Part shown: in pieces, positions 26,319-34,414 of the stretch
Layout: each line of letters opens with the position of its first letter
Numbering within the stretch: the first letter of the stretch is position 1
Program-made: the position numbers and the translations under genes
Notes under the pieces: model-generated
Databases searched by the model: none
Told to the model about the DNA's origin: nothing
Seen by the model: the letters and a program-made list of their open reading frames with translations, nothing else
DNA from: Chthoniobacterales bacterium
GTDB taxonomy: Bacteria; Verrucomicrobiota; Verrucomicrobiia; Chthoniobacterales; DASVRZ01
Reading direction: 5' to 3'
DNA length: 64,000 nt
NCBI GenBank assembly: GCA_038230215.1
Contig: JBBRNR010000001.1
Span: 428,498 to 492,497, forward strand

Positions 26319-27719
26319 TCAGGGAATGGCCGCAAGGGCAGCGAGGGCCAGTTTTTTGGCCTTGGGCTGCTTGAAGTGGTCGCTGGCGGCAGCGGTAAAG
26401 TCGGCTTTGGCCTCCTCTTTTTTGCCAGTGGCGAGGAGGGCCTGACCGCGATTGTAGAGAATATAGGCGTCGTCGGGGGCGAGCGGGAGGGCGGCGTTAA
26501 ACTCCGCGAGCGCATCGTCCGCGCGACCGAGCAGGAGCAGCGCATCGCCCCGGCGGTTGTGGGCCTTGGCGGCGAGCGGGGCGAGTTGTGGATGATTCGG
26601 AGGCAGGCAATCGGGGAGGATTTTCAAAAGAAAGAGGCAGGCCTCTGCGGCAGACAGGACTTTGGGTGAGGGAGATGGGGCATCCTTGAGGTCGTTTTTG
26701 ATTTTCTCCAACACGGCTTCCAGGGGAGTCAGGGTGTAATCACCTGGGCCGCGTTCTCGCACGACGACTGCCAGTTGTTTCAGGCATTCCAAGGTGTTTC
26801 CGGCGGCGGCGAGCTTGGGGAGCGCGGCCAGATCGGGAACGGGTGTCTCCACGGGAGTCGGCACGGGAGTGGCCGAAAGCGGCGGAGCGGCGGCGATGGT
26901 GGCAGGACCGGCGAGGTAGATGTCGTCGCCAACGAGACGCGAATATTCCGCTGGCACCTGGCCGCCCTCGGACCGGGCGAGGACTCCGGCTCGGGTGCGT
27001 TTGAAGACTTGCTCGATGCTGAGCCCTGGAGCGCGCATGTATTTGAGCAATTCCTCGGTGTAGAGGCCGTTGGTGCCGTCGCCGTCGAACGCGGTGTGAC
27101 CCGCCTCGGTGGCAAAGGCGATGAGCGACCCAGCGGGGGGCGTCATTTCCGACAAGCCGGTGCTCTCGGGCAGGCTGCGGGTGCGCCCGGTGCGAGTGAG
27201 GGGCGTATTGCGGCAGGCGTCGAGGATCACGAGGTTGCAGTGTGCGCCGGCCACGCTCATGTCGGCGACGGCTTGCTCGGCGTTGAAAAGACGCGTCTCG
27301 GCCAGCACCCGGAGAGTGGTCCCGTCCGCGCCCTCGGGGTTAAAGCCAGACTTGAGCGGGATGAGGTAATTGGCCCCGCCGATGGAGATGCCGTGCCCGG
27401 CGTAGTAGAAAAGCGCGATGTCGGAGCCGGGGACGGTTTTGCGAAATTCGTCCATGCTTCGCATGAGTTGGTCGCGAGTAAGGTTGTGGCGTTCCATGAC
27501 GCTGAAACCGAGGAAGCGAAGGGTCTTGGCGACGGCTTTGGCGTCGTTGTCGGTGTTGCGGAGGGTGCCGATGGCAGACTCGTATTTGGAGTTTCCGATA
27601 ACGAGAGCGGTGCGCGGGAGAACCGCAGCCTGGCCGACGGAATGGCTGAGCCAAAGGACGAGTGCCAGCAGTCCGCTGGTGGCGGAGAGAATGCGTTGTC
27701 TGCCAATAGTTGAAGCCAT
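26319..27719 (-). CDS. caspase-family (peptidase C14) protein with C-terminal TPR repeats, secreted
   Basis: Start chosen at MASTIGRQRILSATSGLLALVLWLSHSVGQA (signal peptide, 27719). Catalytic dyad contexts LFYYAGHG and LVILDACRN. The C-terminal NRRGDALLLLGRADDALAEFNAALPLAPDDAYILYNRGQALLATGKKEEA is TPR-like. Confidence 0.8.
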   Translation of the reverse strand: MASTIGRQRILSATSGLLALVLWLSHSVGQAAVLPRTALVIGNSKYESAIGTLRNTDNDAKAVAKTLRFLGFSVMERHNLTRDQLMRSMDEFRKTVPGSDIALFYYAGHGISIGGANYLIPLKSGFNPEGADGTTLRVLAETRLFNAEQAVADMSVAGAHCNLVILDACRNTPLTRTGRTRSLPESTGLSEMTPPAGSLIAFATEAGHTAFDGDGTNGLYTEELLKYMRAPGLSIEQVFKRTRAGVLARSEGGQVPAEYSRLVGDDIYLAGPATIAAAPPLSATPVPTPVETPVPDLAALPKLAAAGNTLECLKQLAVVVRERGPGDYTLTPLEAVLEKIKNDLKDAPSPSPKVLSAAEACLFLLKILPDCLPPNHPQLAPLAAKAHNRRGDALLLLGRADDALAEFNAALPLAPDDAYILYNRGQALLATGKKEEAKADFTAAASDHFKQPKAKKLALAALAAIP

Positions 27720-27790
27720 AAATCTGGACGCCGAGAGGGAAATCGGAACTTCCCCCCAGTCCGTGGCGGGCATATTAGAAGAGGCCGGAT

Positions 27791-28657
27791 ATGCTGCAAG
27801 TGCCAACTTCCCCCCGAACTCTCGATCTTCTCGCGGCGAGTCTCATTGCGATCTGGCTGACACTCTCCAGTGGGTGCGTTTCCCCTCCGGCTCCTTCTGC
27901 GACACCAGTGGCATTGATCGCGGGAGATCCGGCGGCACCGTCGCAAGTGACTCCCTCGGAAGCGGTAGCCATCGCAGAAATCTACTCGCGCCACGCCTGG
28001 CAGCCATTTGCCCGGAACATCCTGCACGGCCCCGATAAGGCAGGCATCCGCGTGGATACTCCTGATGCGGGTTTCACCCCAGAATCAGGCCGCGACGGGT
28101 GGTGGATTCCGGGAGAGGTGAACCAGGGCATACCCTATAAATGGGGAGGCTTCGACGATCCCGCGTCGTTCGATCTGGCAATCGCGAATGGGGCGGCGGG
28201 CGGCGATGTTTCCACTCCGGCAAAGCGTAAGGCCGACAACGCGGCGGTTAGCCAGCAGGCGGCGGGGGTGGATTGCTCGGGGTTTGTTTCGCGCTGCCTC
28301 AAGTTGCCATCGGGCCGCGACTCCACGCAACTTCCCGCGCTTTGCGATCTGCTCCCAGACGCGAAGGATTTGCGGGCAGGAGACATTCTCAACATCCCTC
28401 ATCGTCACGTAATCTTGGTGGCAGGCTGGGCGCAGCCCGATCATTCGTGGATCTACTATTATGAAACGGGCGGCATTCCCTATTGGAAACCCGCGCTAAA
28501 ACAAGCCCCGCTTCACGCCCTGCTCGCGCTCGGTTACGCCCCGCTGCGTTACAAGGGCATGGCTCGCGAGGAAAAGCCCTCTGGAAAAGAAATCTTAACT
28601 CGCTCCGTGAAAAGCCGGGCGGTGAAGATCGAGAATCCCGTGGTCGGCGACCCGTGA
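27791..28657 (+). CDS. NlpC/P60-like cysteine peptidase lipoprotein
   Basis: Lipobox LTLSSGC. Catalytic Cys context GVDCSGFVSRC and downstream His (PHRHVILVAGW), typical of NlpC/P60. Confidence 0.65.
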   Translation: MLQVPTSPRTLDLLAASLIAIWLTLSSGCVSPPAPSATPVALIAGDPAAPSQVTPSEAVAIAEIYSRHAWQPFARNILHGPDKAGIRVDTPDAGFTPESGRDGWWIPGEVNQGIPYKWGGFDDPASFDLAIANGAAGGDVSTPAKRKADNAAVSQQAAGVDCSGFVSRCLKLPSGRDSTQLPALCDLLPDAKDLRAGDILNIPHRHVILVAGWAQPDHSWIYYYETGGIPYWKPALKQAPLHALLALGYAPLRYKGMAREEKPSGKEILTRSVKSRAVKIENPVVGDP

Positions 28658-28682
28658 GTCAGGCTGTAGTTGTTTAGAAAAC

Positions 28683-30218
28683 TCAGAGGTGGTGCACCAG
28701 GCTGTGGCCGGTCATTTCCTTGGGTTGAGGGACTCCTAAGAGGGCGAGCAAGGTGGGGGAGACGTCGGCGAGGATGCCGGGTTCCATTTTGATCTGACTC
28801 GCATCGGCTCCGACGTAGATGAAATGCACGAGGTTGGTGGTGTGCGCGGTGTTCGGGCTGCCGTCGGGGTTGCGCATGAGTTCGCAGTTGCCGTGGTCGG
28901 CGGTGATGAGCAGTTTGCCGCCGAGCGCGAGCACTTTTTCCACGACCCGACGCACGCAATCGTCGATTTTTTCCACGGCTTTGATTCCGGCATCGACCAC
29001 GCCGGTGTGGCCGACCATGTCGGGGTTGGCGAAATTGAGGATGACGAGGTCGTAGCGGTCGATGACGGCGAGCAATTCTGTGGTGACTTGCTCGGCGTTC
29101 ATCACGGGCTGGAGGTCGTAGGTGGCGACTTGGGGCGAGGGGACGATGATGCGGTCTTCGCCGGGGTAGGCGATTTCGACGCCGCCATTAAAAAAGTAGG
29201 TGACGTGGGGATATTTCTCGGTTTCGGCGATGCGGAGTTGTTTCAGGCCGGCGTCGGAGACGGCTTTGCCGAGGATGTTGTCAAGGGTCTGCGGCTGGAA
29301 GAGGACGGGGACGTTATATTTTTTGTCGTATTGCGTGAGGCTGACGAAGTGGACTTTCGGAAAGACTTCGCGCTCGAAGCTGAGGAAGTCGGGCTCGAGC
29401 AATGCGTCGGAAAGCTGGCGGGCACGGTCGGCCCGGAAGTTGAACCACAGGACGACGTCATCGTTTCTGATCCGAGTTTCATTCGGATGAGAAAAGATGG
29501 TGGGCGGGAGAAATTCGTCGCCGCGCGGTTCGCTGGCGTAAAGGGCGCGGACGGCTTCGGAGGGTTTCTCTTCGGAGAAAATGCCGCGGCCGAGAACGAT
29601 GGCGTCCCAGGCGAGTTTGTTGCGGTCCCAGCGTTTGTCGCGGTCCATCGCGAAGTAGCGTCCGATGACGGTGGCGATCTCTGCGCCGGTGCCAGCGATG
29701 CCTTTTTCGACGGTTTCCAGATAACCCGCGCCGCCGGTGGGCGAGGTGTCGCGTCCGTCGGTGATGGCGTGGATCAGGATGTCGGTGACGCCGTTGGCGG
29801 CCGCAATCTTCGTGAGGGCGATGAGGTGGTCCTGATGACTGTGGACACCGCCGTCGGAGACGAGGCCGATGAGGTGGAGCCGGGTGGTTTTGGCCTGGCC
29901 GAGCGCGGTGAGGAGGACGGGGTTGCGGGCGAGTTCGCCCTGCTCGATGGCGAGGTTGATGCGGGTGAAATCCTGATAAACGATGCGCCCGGCGCCGAGG
30001 TTGAGGTGGCCTACTTCGGAGTTGCCCATCTGACCGGGCGGCAGGCCGACGTCGAGCCCGCTGGCGCTCAAGGTCGAGCCGGGGTAGGTGGCGTAAAGTT
30101 GATCGTGGAAGGGAGTGTGCGCGAGGAGAGTCGCATTGCCATCGTCGGCGGCATGTTCTTTTCCACGGGGGTTGATGCCCCAGCCGTCGCGAATGATGAG
30201 TACTACAGGTTTGGCCAT
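28683..30218 (-). CDS. gpmI: 2,3-bisphosphoglycerate-independent phosphoglycerate mutase
   Basis: Start chosen at MAKPVVLIIRDGWG (30218). GNSEVGHLNLGAGR, SDGGVHSH, TADHGN motifs. Confidence 0.95.
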   Translation of the reverse strand: MAKPVVLIIRDGWGINPRGKEHAADDGNATLLAHTPFHDQLYATYPGSTLSASGLDVGLPPGQMGNSEVGHLNLGAGRIVYQDFTRINLAIEQGELARNPVLLTALGQAKTTRLHLIGLVSDGGVHSHQDHLIALTKIAAANGVTDILIHAITDGRDTSPTGGAGYLETVEKGIAGTGAEIATVIGRYFAMDRDKRWDRNKLAWDAIVLGRGIFSEEKPSEAVRALYASEPRGDEFLPPTIFSHPNETRIRNDDVVLWFNFRADRARQLSDALLEPDFLSFEREVFPKVHFVSLTQYDKKYNVPVLFQPQTLDNILGKAVSDAGLKQLRIAETEKYPHVTYFFNGGVEIAYPGEDRIIVPSPQVATYDLQPVMNAEQVTTELLAVIDRYDLVILNFANPDMVGHTGVVDAGIKAVEKIDDCVRRVVEKVLALGGKLLITADHGNCELMRNPDGSPNTAHTTNLVHFIYVGADASQIKMEPGILADVSPTLLALLGVPQPKEMTGHSLVHHL

Positions 30219-30311
30219 GCCGGAGTTTCCCCATCCGCCGTCATGGGGCAAACTAAAAATCGTTTGTTTACAGGAATGAAGGGAGTGGTAAACCATCGGA
30301 CTCCCATTTGT

Positions 30312-31649
30312 ATGAAGACCCGGAACCTGCTCATCGCCCTCACTTGCATCGCGCTCTTCATCCTAGCCGGCGTACTTTATTTCAAGTCCTGGGTGGTGCA
30401 AAAGCCCTTCGCGATCATCCTCATCACCGGCGACGGCTTAAATACGTCGTCACTTGCCGCCGCCCGCATTTACGAGGGTGGCGCGGACAAGAATCTGGCG
30501 GTGGAATCGATGCCGCATATGGGGCTACTGAAGTTGACTTCCAATGAATTCGCGGTGCCCGATGCTGCCGCCGCCGCGTCCTCACTTGCGACCGGACGCC
30601 GGGTAAATCAGAACGGACTTTCAGTCGATTCAGACGGCAAAAATATCGCCACTCTCCTGGAACTCGCCGCCCGCGCCGGACGCAAAACCGGCGTGGTGAC
30701 AAACGCGTCTGTGGTCGATCCGGCGGTGGCGGCTTATTTTTCCCACAACACCGATGGGCAGAATCGCACGGGAGTCGCATCCGAATTGCCCGATTTGGGG
30801 AATGTGGATCTGCTCCTCGGCGGCGGTGAAAAATATTTTCTGCCCGTGGATAAAGGCGGCGTGCGCACCGATGGCCAGGATCTCATTTTGGCTATGCGCC
30901 AGAAGAACTGGACCGTTGCCCGCACCAAGGCCGAGCTGGCTGCCATTCAGTCGTGGCTCGCCCCGCGCACGCTGGGGGTTTTCAATCGTGGCGAACTCGC
31001 CAACAGTCGCGCCATTGCCTCCGGAACCGAGGAGCCGTCGCTGGAGGAATTGGTAAAATCGGCCATCTCGCTTCTGCAATACAATACCAAGGGCTATTTC
31101 CTGGTGATCGACGCCGGGCTGATCGAAAAAGCCGCTCGCGGAAACGATGGTGAAAATTTTCTCGCGGAAACGGTTGCTCTCGACAACGCCGTCGCCGTGG
31201 CCCGCCGTTATGCGGGTGACAATGCGATGATCGTGGTCGCTGGCAAGCAGGCACCGGGCGGTTTCCGAATGAATGGCTATCCGTTTCGCCAGGACCAGGG
31301 TGCCGCCGTGCTCGGCGTGAACGCACAGGGGATTCCGAGTCTGACGTGGAGTACCGGCCCGCACGCTCTGCCTCCGGCTCCTGCCGCGAAACCGACGCCG
31401 AGACGCGAGGGCGAGGTGTTGCCATCGCTGATCGTGCCCGAGACGCCGCTGCCGGAACATCCCACTCCCGAGCCGCCGCCACCCCAGCTTCCGCCGAGCG
31501 CAGCCGTGGAGCCGTCCACCGTTTTCACTCCCGAGTCGCTCAATGTGGTGGACGATCCGCTTATTTTCAGCGGCGGGAAAGGTTCGGAGAAACTGACCGG
31601 CTATCTGGATGCCAAGGACGTGTTTACGGTGGTGCAAACACAGCTCTAA
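30312..31649 (+). CDS. membrane-anchored alkaline-phosphatase-family homologue with degenerate active site
   Basis: Start at ATG 30312 (MKTRNLLIALTCIALFILAGV). ILITGDGLN aligns to the PhoA GDGMG motif. VPDAAAAASSLATG aligns to PhoA DSAASATAWSTG with Ser replaced by Ala. VVAGKQAP sits where TADHAHA is expected. There is a Pro-rich insertion near the C terminus. The first 496 codons of track ORF 28824..31649 are antisense to gpmI and are rejected. Confidence 0.7.
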   Translation: MKTRNLLIALTCIALFILAGVLYFKSWVVQKPFAIILITGDGLNTSSLAAARIYEGGADKNLAVESMPHMGLLKLTSNEFAVPDAAAAASSLATGRRVNQNGLSVDSDGKNIATLLELAARAGRKTGVVTNASVVDPAVAAYFSHNTDGQNRTGVASELPDLGNVDLLLGGGEKYFLPVDKGGVRTDGQDLILAMRQKNWTVARTKAELAAIQSWLAPRTLGVFNRGELANSRAIASGTEEPSLEELVKSAISLLQYNTKGYFLVIDAGLIEKAARGNDGENFLAETVALDNAVAVARRYAGDNAMIVVAGKQAPGGFRMNGYPFRQDQGAAVLGVNAQGIPSLTWSTGPHALPPAPAAKPTPRREGEVLPSLIVPETPLPEHPTPEPPPPQLPPSAAVEPSTVFTPESLNVVDDPLIFSGGKGSEKLTGYLDAKDVFTVVQTQL

Positions 31650-31722
31650 CGCAGCTTTACAAGGCGGCGCGTTTTTGCGGTGACATTCCGGGCGGTCTTC
31701 CCTACGGTATTTTCATCCCCGC

Positions 31723-32199
31723 ATGAGCAAACCCAAGAGCCCCACTCTGGCCCAGAAAAAGAAACGGCTGGTGCAACTTCGCGATGCGCAACGCCGCCGT
31801 CGCGAGCGTTTGCGGGCGGGCAAACAGTTTTTCGTGCAGATCATTTTGCCGGAGAAAACGCTCCAGCAACTCACACGCATGCTGGAAGTTTCTGGCGAGA
31901 CGATGCAACAAATCATCGCCCGCCTCGTGCAATTCTCGCTGCCAGCCGAGTCTGAGTCGGATGTGACCGAGGCCTCCGCACCCATGACCATGGAAGTCGT
32001 CCCCGAGCTGGAGGAGGAAATCGTGGAAATAGCCGAGGAGGAATTAGTCGAAGAGGTTATTCCAGAGCCCGTTTTGGCGGCGGTAAATGCGGAAGTGGAG
32101 GTTTTTTCCAGTATGGAAGAAGTCGAGCCAACTCTGGAGCCAGAAATCAAGGCATCCCCCCATCCTTCAAAAGCTGGCCAACTGGATCTCTTCAGCTAG
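31723..32199 (+). CDS. small basic/acidic protein ending in a beta-clamp-binding-like QLDLF motif
   Basis: The 158-aa protein has a Lys/Arg-rich N terminus (KKKRLVQLRDAQRRRRERLRAGK), a short helical segment, a long Glu-rich linker, and the C terminus ...KAGQLDLFS. Confidence 0.55.
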   Translation: MSKPKSPTLAQKKKRLVQLRDAQRRRRERLRAGKQFFVQIILPEKTLQQLTRMLEVSGETMQQIIARLVQFSLPAESESDVTEASAPMTMEVVPELEEEIVEIAEEELVEEVIPEPVLAAVNAEVEVFSSMEEVEPTLEPEIKASPHPSKAGQLDLFS

Positions 32200-32448
32200 C
32201 TGATTTCCGGGCTGGCCCCGGAACCGAGGGAAAAGGCACGGGAACCCCTAAAAACGCACGGGTTTTTCATTCCTGCAACAATTTTGAACGAAAAGACTTG
32301 GCTTCAGTCGAATCTTTTTGATACTTAACATCATTAACTAATTTGGAGATCGCAGAAATCTAGCCAACGAAAACACAAAACCAAACGTATAACCTTGTGA
32401 GAGGCAATCCCATTGCCTCCCTAATTGAGCTAGAAGCGAAACAACAAT

Positions 32449-33309
32449 ATGGCTGCTGAAGATACAGATTCCGGAATTAAGATCTATCTGCGTGAAATCG
32501 GGCAAATCGCCCTTTTGACCCCAGATCAAGAGATCGAATTGGCCGCAAAAATTAAGAAAGGCGACAAAGAAGCACGTTCTTTGATGATTCGCTCGAACCT
32601 CCGTCTCGTGGTGAAGATCGCTCACGACTACGCTAATTTGGGCCTGCCTCTGCTCGACCTCATTTCTGAGGGAAACATCGGTCTCATGAAGGCCGTCGAA
32701 CGCTTTGACCCCGCAAAGGGTGGAAAATTAAGCACTTACGCCGCTTGGTGGATCAAACAATCCATCAAACGCGCACTGGCCAACCAGAGCAAAACGATCC
32801 GACTTCCAGTTCACCTGGTGGACAAAATTTCGAAAATGCGCCGCGTCTCGCTGCAAATGAGCGAGGAACTCGGTCGCGAACCGACCGATGACGAGCTCGC
32901 CGAGGAAATCGGCATTGCCAGCGGCAAGGTTTCCCAACTAAAGACCGTTTCGATTCGTCCTGCGTCCCTCGACGCGCCGATTAGCGACGACGATTCTACT
33001 GAATTTGGCGAAATCGTCGGCGATGAAGACGCGCAAACGCCCTTCGAGTTGCTGCGCGACAAGGACTTGCGCGACGAGGTGGGCGACCTCCTCGATGTGC
33101 TCGACGAGCGCGAGAAGAAAATCATTTTTTCCCGTTTCGGCCTCGACGGCGGCAAACCCAAGACGCTGGAGGAAGTCGGCAAGAAATTCGGTGTCACCCG
33201 CGAGCGTATCCGACAGTTACAAAACATCGCGCTCTCCAAACTGCGCCGCGCCTTGGGCAAGAAAGAAAAACCCATTGAGGCGTTGCAGGAAATGGGCGTC
33301 GAATACTAG
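32449..33309 (+). CDS. RNA polymerase sigma-70 family factor (RpoD-like, regions 1.2-4.2)
   Basis: IYLREIGQIALLT (region 1.2), NLRLVVKIAHDY, EGNIGLMKAVERFD, YAAWWIKQSI (2.4), TLEEVGKKFGVTRERIRQLQNIAL (4.2). Confidence 0.85.
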   Translation: MAAEDTDSGIKIYLREIGQIALLTPDQEIELAAKIKKGDKEARSLMIRSNLRLVVKIAHDYANLGLPLLDLISEGNIGLMKAVERFDPAKGGKLSTYAAWWIKQSIKRALANQSKTIRLPVHLVDKISKMRRVSLQMSEELGREPTDDELAEEIGIASGKVSQLKTVSIRPASLDAPISDDDSTEFGEIVGDEDAQTPFELLRDKDLRDEVGDLLDVLDEREKKIIFSRFGLDGGKPKTLEEVGKKFGVTRERIRQLQNIALSKLRRALGKKEKPIEALQEMGVEY

Positions 33310-33334
33310 CCGCTGTTAAAACACATTCAAGTTG

Positions 33335-33367
33335 CAGGCGAATCTCACGATTCGCCTGTCTTGTTTT
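33335..33367. terminator. bidirectional rho-independent terminator between convergent genes
   Basis: Stem CAGGCGAATC (33335-33344), loop TCAC, stem GATTCGCCTG (33349-33358), followed by TCTTGTTTT. The T-tract overlaps the stop of the convergent gene. Confidence 0.6.
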
Positions 33368-34058
33368 ACGGCTGGAGACGGAACGCGAGCAGACAATCCT
33401 TCGCTATATCCGAACGATTGAGCGACACCGCTGCGCCCAACAAACGGACAAGTTCCATCGCCATCTGAAATTCCGGCGATGTGATTTTCTGAGGCTCCAA
33501 GGCATTTTCGCCTCTGAAATGAACGAGCAAACCGCGGTCCGGGTTCTCCCCATTCAGGGAACGGAGCGCGTGTTTATATTGGCGTGGCGGCAACAAACCG
33601 AGGGAGACTTCCACGGATCCGAGTTTCGTTTGCATGTTGGCGATCAGTTGAGAAATAATCGTCGGCAACCACGCGAGATTCAGCATCACCTGCGCATCGC
33701 CAATGACCTTGGACCGCGCATTCCAGCCTTTGCAATTGCCGACGGCCTCCATGATTCCGTCAACGGCCTCTGGCAGGCTGACGGTTTCGATCTTGATCGG
33801 ATGCGTTTTCCGAAAGGCATTAAACTCGTCGCAAGTGGCCGACAAACGATGAATCGAGCCGAAAAGCCCTTGCAGAAATTCGGCGACCTCGGGCGAAATG
33901 GAGTCCGCGTCCGGCAACAGCAACTCCGAATTGGAAAGGACGGCCATCTGATTGTTCACATCGTGAAGCTGGCTCGTAAAAAACGCTCCGAGCCGCTCCA
34001 ATGAACTCAAGCCCGGCTCATTTTCATTCTGCCTCGGTTCTGGGGGATGGGCGATCAT
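33366..34058 (-). CDS. histidine-kinase-like protein with apparently degenerate ATP-binding domain
   Basis: H-box-like LHDVNNQMAVLSNSELL. Downstream N-box-like IISQLIANM, but I see no DxGxG or GxGxG boxes. Last gene of a three-gene operon. Confidence 0.45.
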   Translation of the reverse strand: MIAHPPEPRQNENEPGLSSLERLGAFFTSQLHDVNNQMAVLSNSELLLPDADSISPEVAEFLQGLFGSIHRLSATCDEFNAFRKTHPIKIETVSLPEAVDGIMEAVGNCKGWNARSKVIGDAQVMLNLAWLPTIISQLIANMQTKLGSVEVSLGLLPPRQYKHALRSLNGENPDRGLLVHFRGENALEPQKITSPEFQMAMELVRLLGAAVSLNRSDIAKDCLLAFRLQP

Positions 34059-34060
34059 GC

Positions 34061-34414
34061 TTAAAAAACCGTCCGCTCCAAGGCGCTGCGGAACACGCGC
34101 TCGATGCGGTCGCCGAGTTCGTCGTTGCTGTTTTTGTCCACGATTACGCCCAAAGTCGTCCCTTTTTCACTGATCATGCAGAGCACTTTCACGCGCTCGA
34201 AATTCCAGCACATGCGCGGCGAACCGAGCTTGTGGAGGTGGGCGACTTGAATCGTGTCTGCGAGCGCACGCCAGATGGTTTCGTCAATGGCCTGATCCCC
34301 CGGGCTTTTAAAGTCGGCGAAAATCACCATGCGATTATGCAGGCAAATACCTGCCCGCAAGACGCCAGGCAGCATTTCGATTTTGCGCTGCAACTCGATG
34401 AAAGTCTCTCTCAT
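34061..34414 (-). CDS. Roadblock/LC7-like small protein
   Basis: Start at the ATG at 34414 overlaps the upstream stop (ATGA). The 117-aa protein has an alpha-beta pattern (LPGVLRAGICLHNRMVIFADF...KVLCMISEKGTTLGVIVDK) reminiscent of MglB/Robl. Weak call. Confidence 0.45.
   Translation of the reverse strand: MRETFIELQRKIEMLPGVLRAGICLHNRMVIFADFKSPGDQAIDETIWRALADTIQVAHLHKLGSPRMCWNFERVKVLCMISEKGTTLGVIVDKNSNDELGDRIERVFRSALERTVF

Noticed and set aside
28824-30311. N-terminal 496 codons of the 941-aa track ORF 28824..31649
   Set aside because: This part is antisense to gpmI and has shadow-ORF composition. A good ATG with a transmembrane segment at 30312 begins the alkaline-phosphatase-like part.
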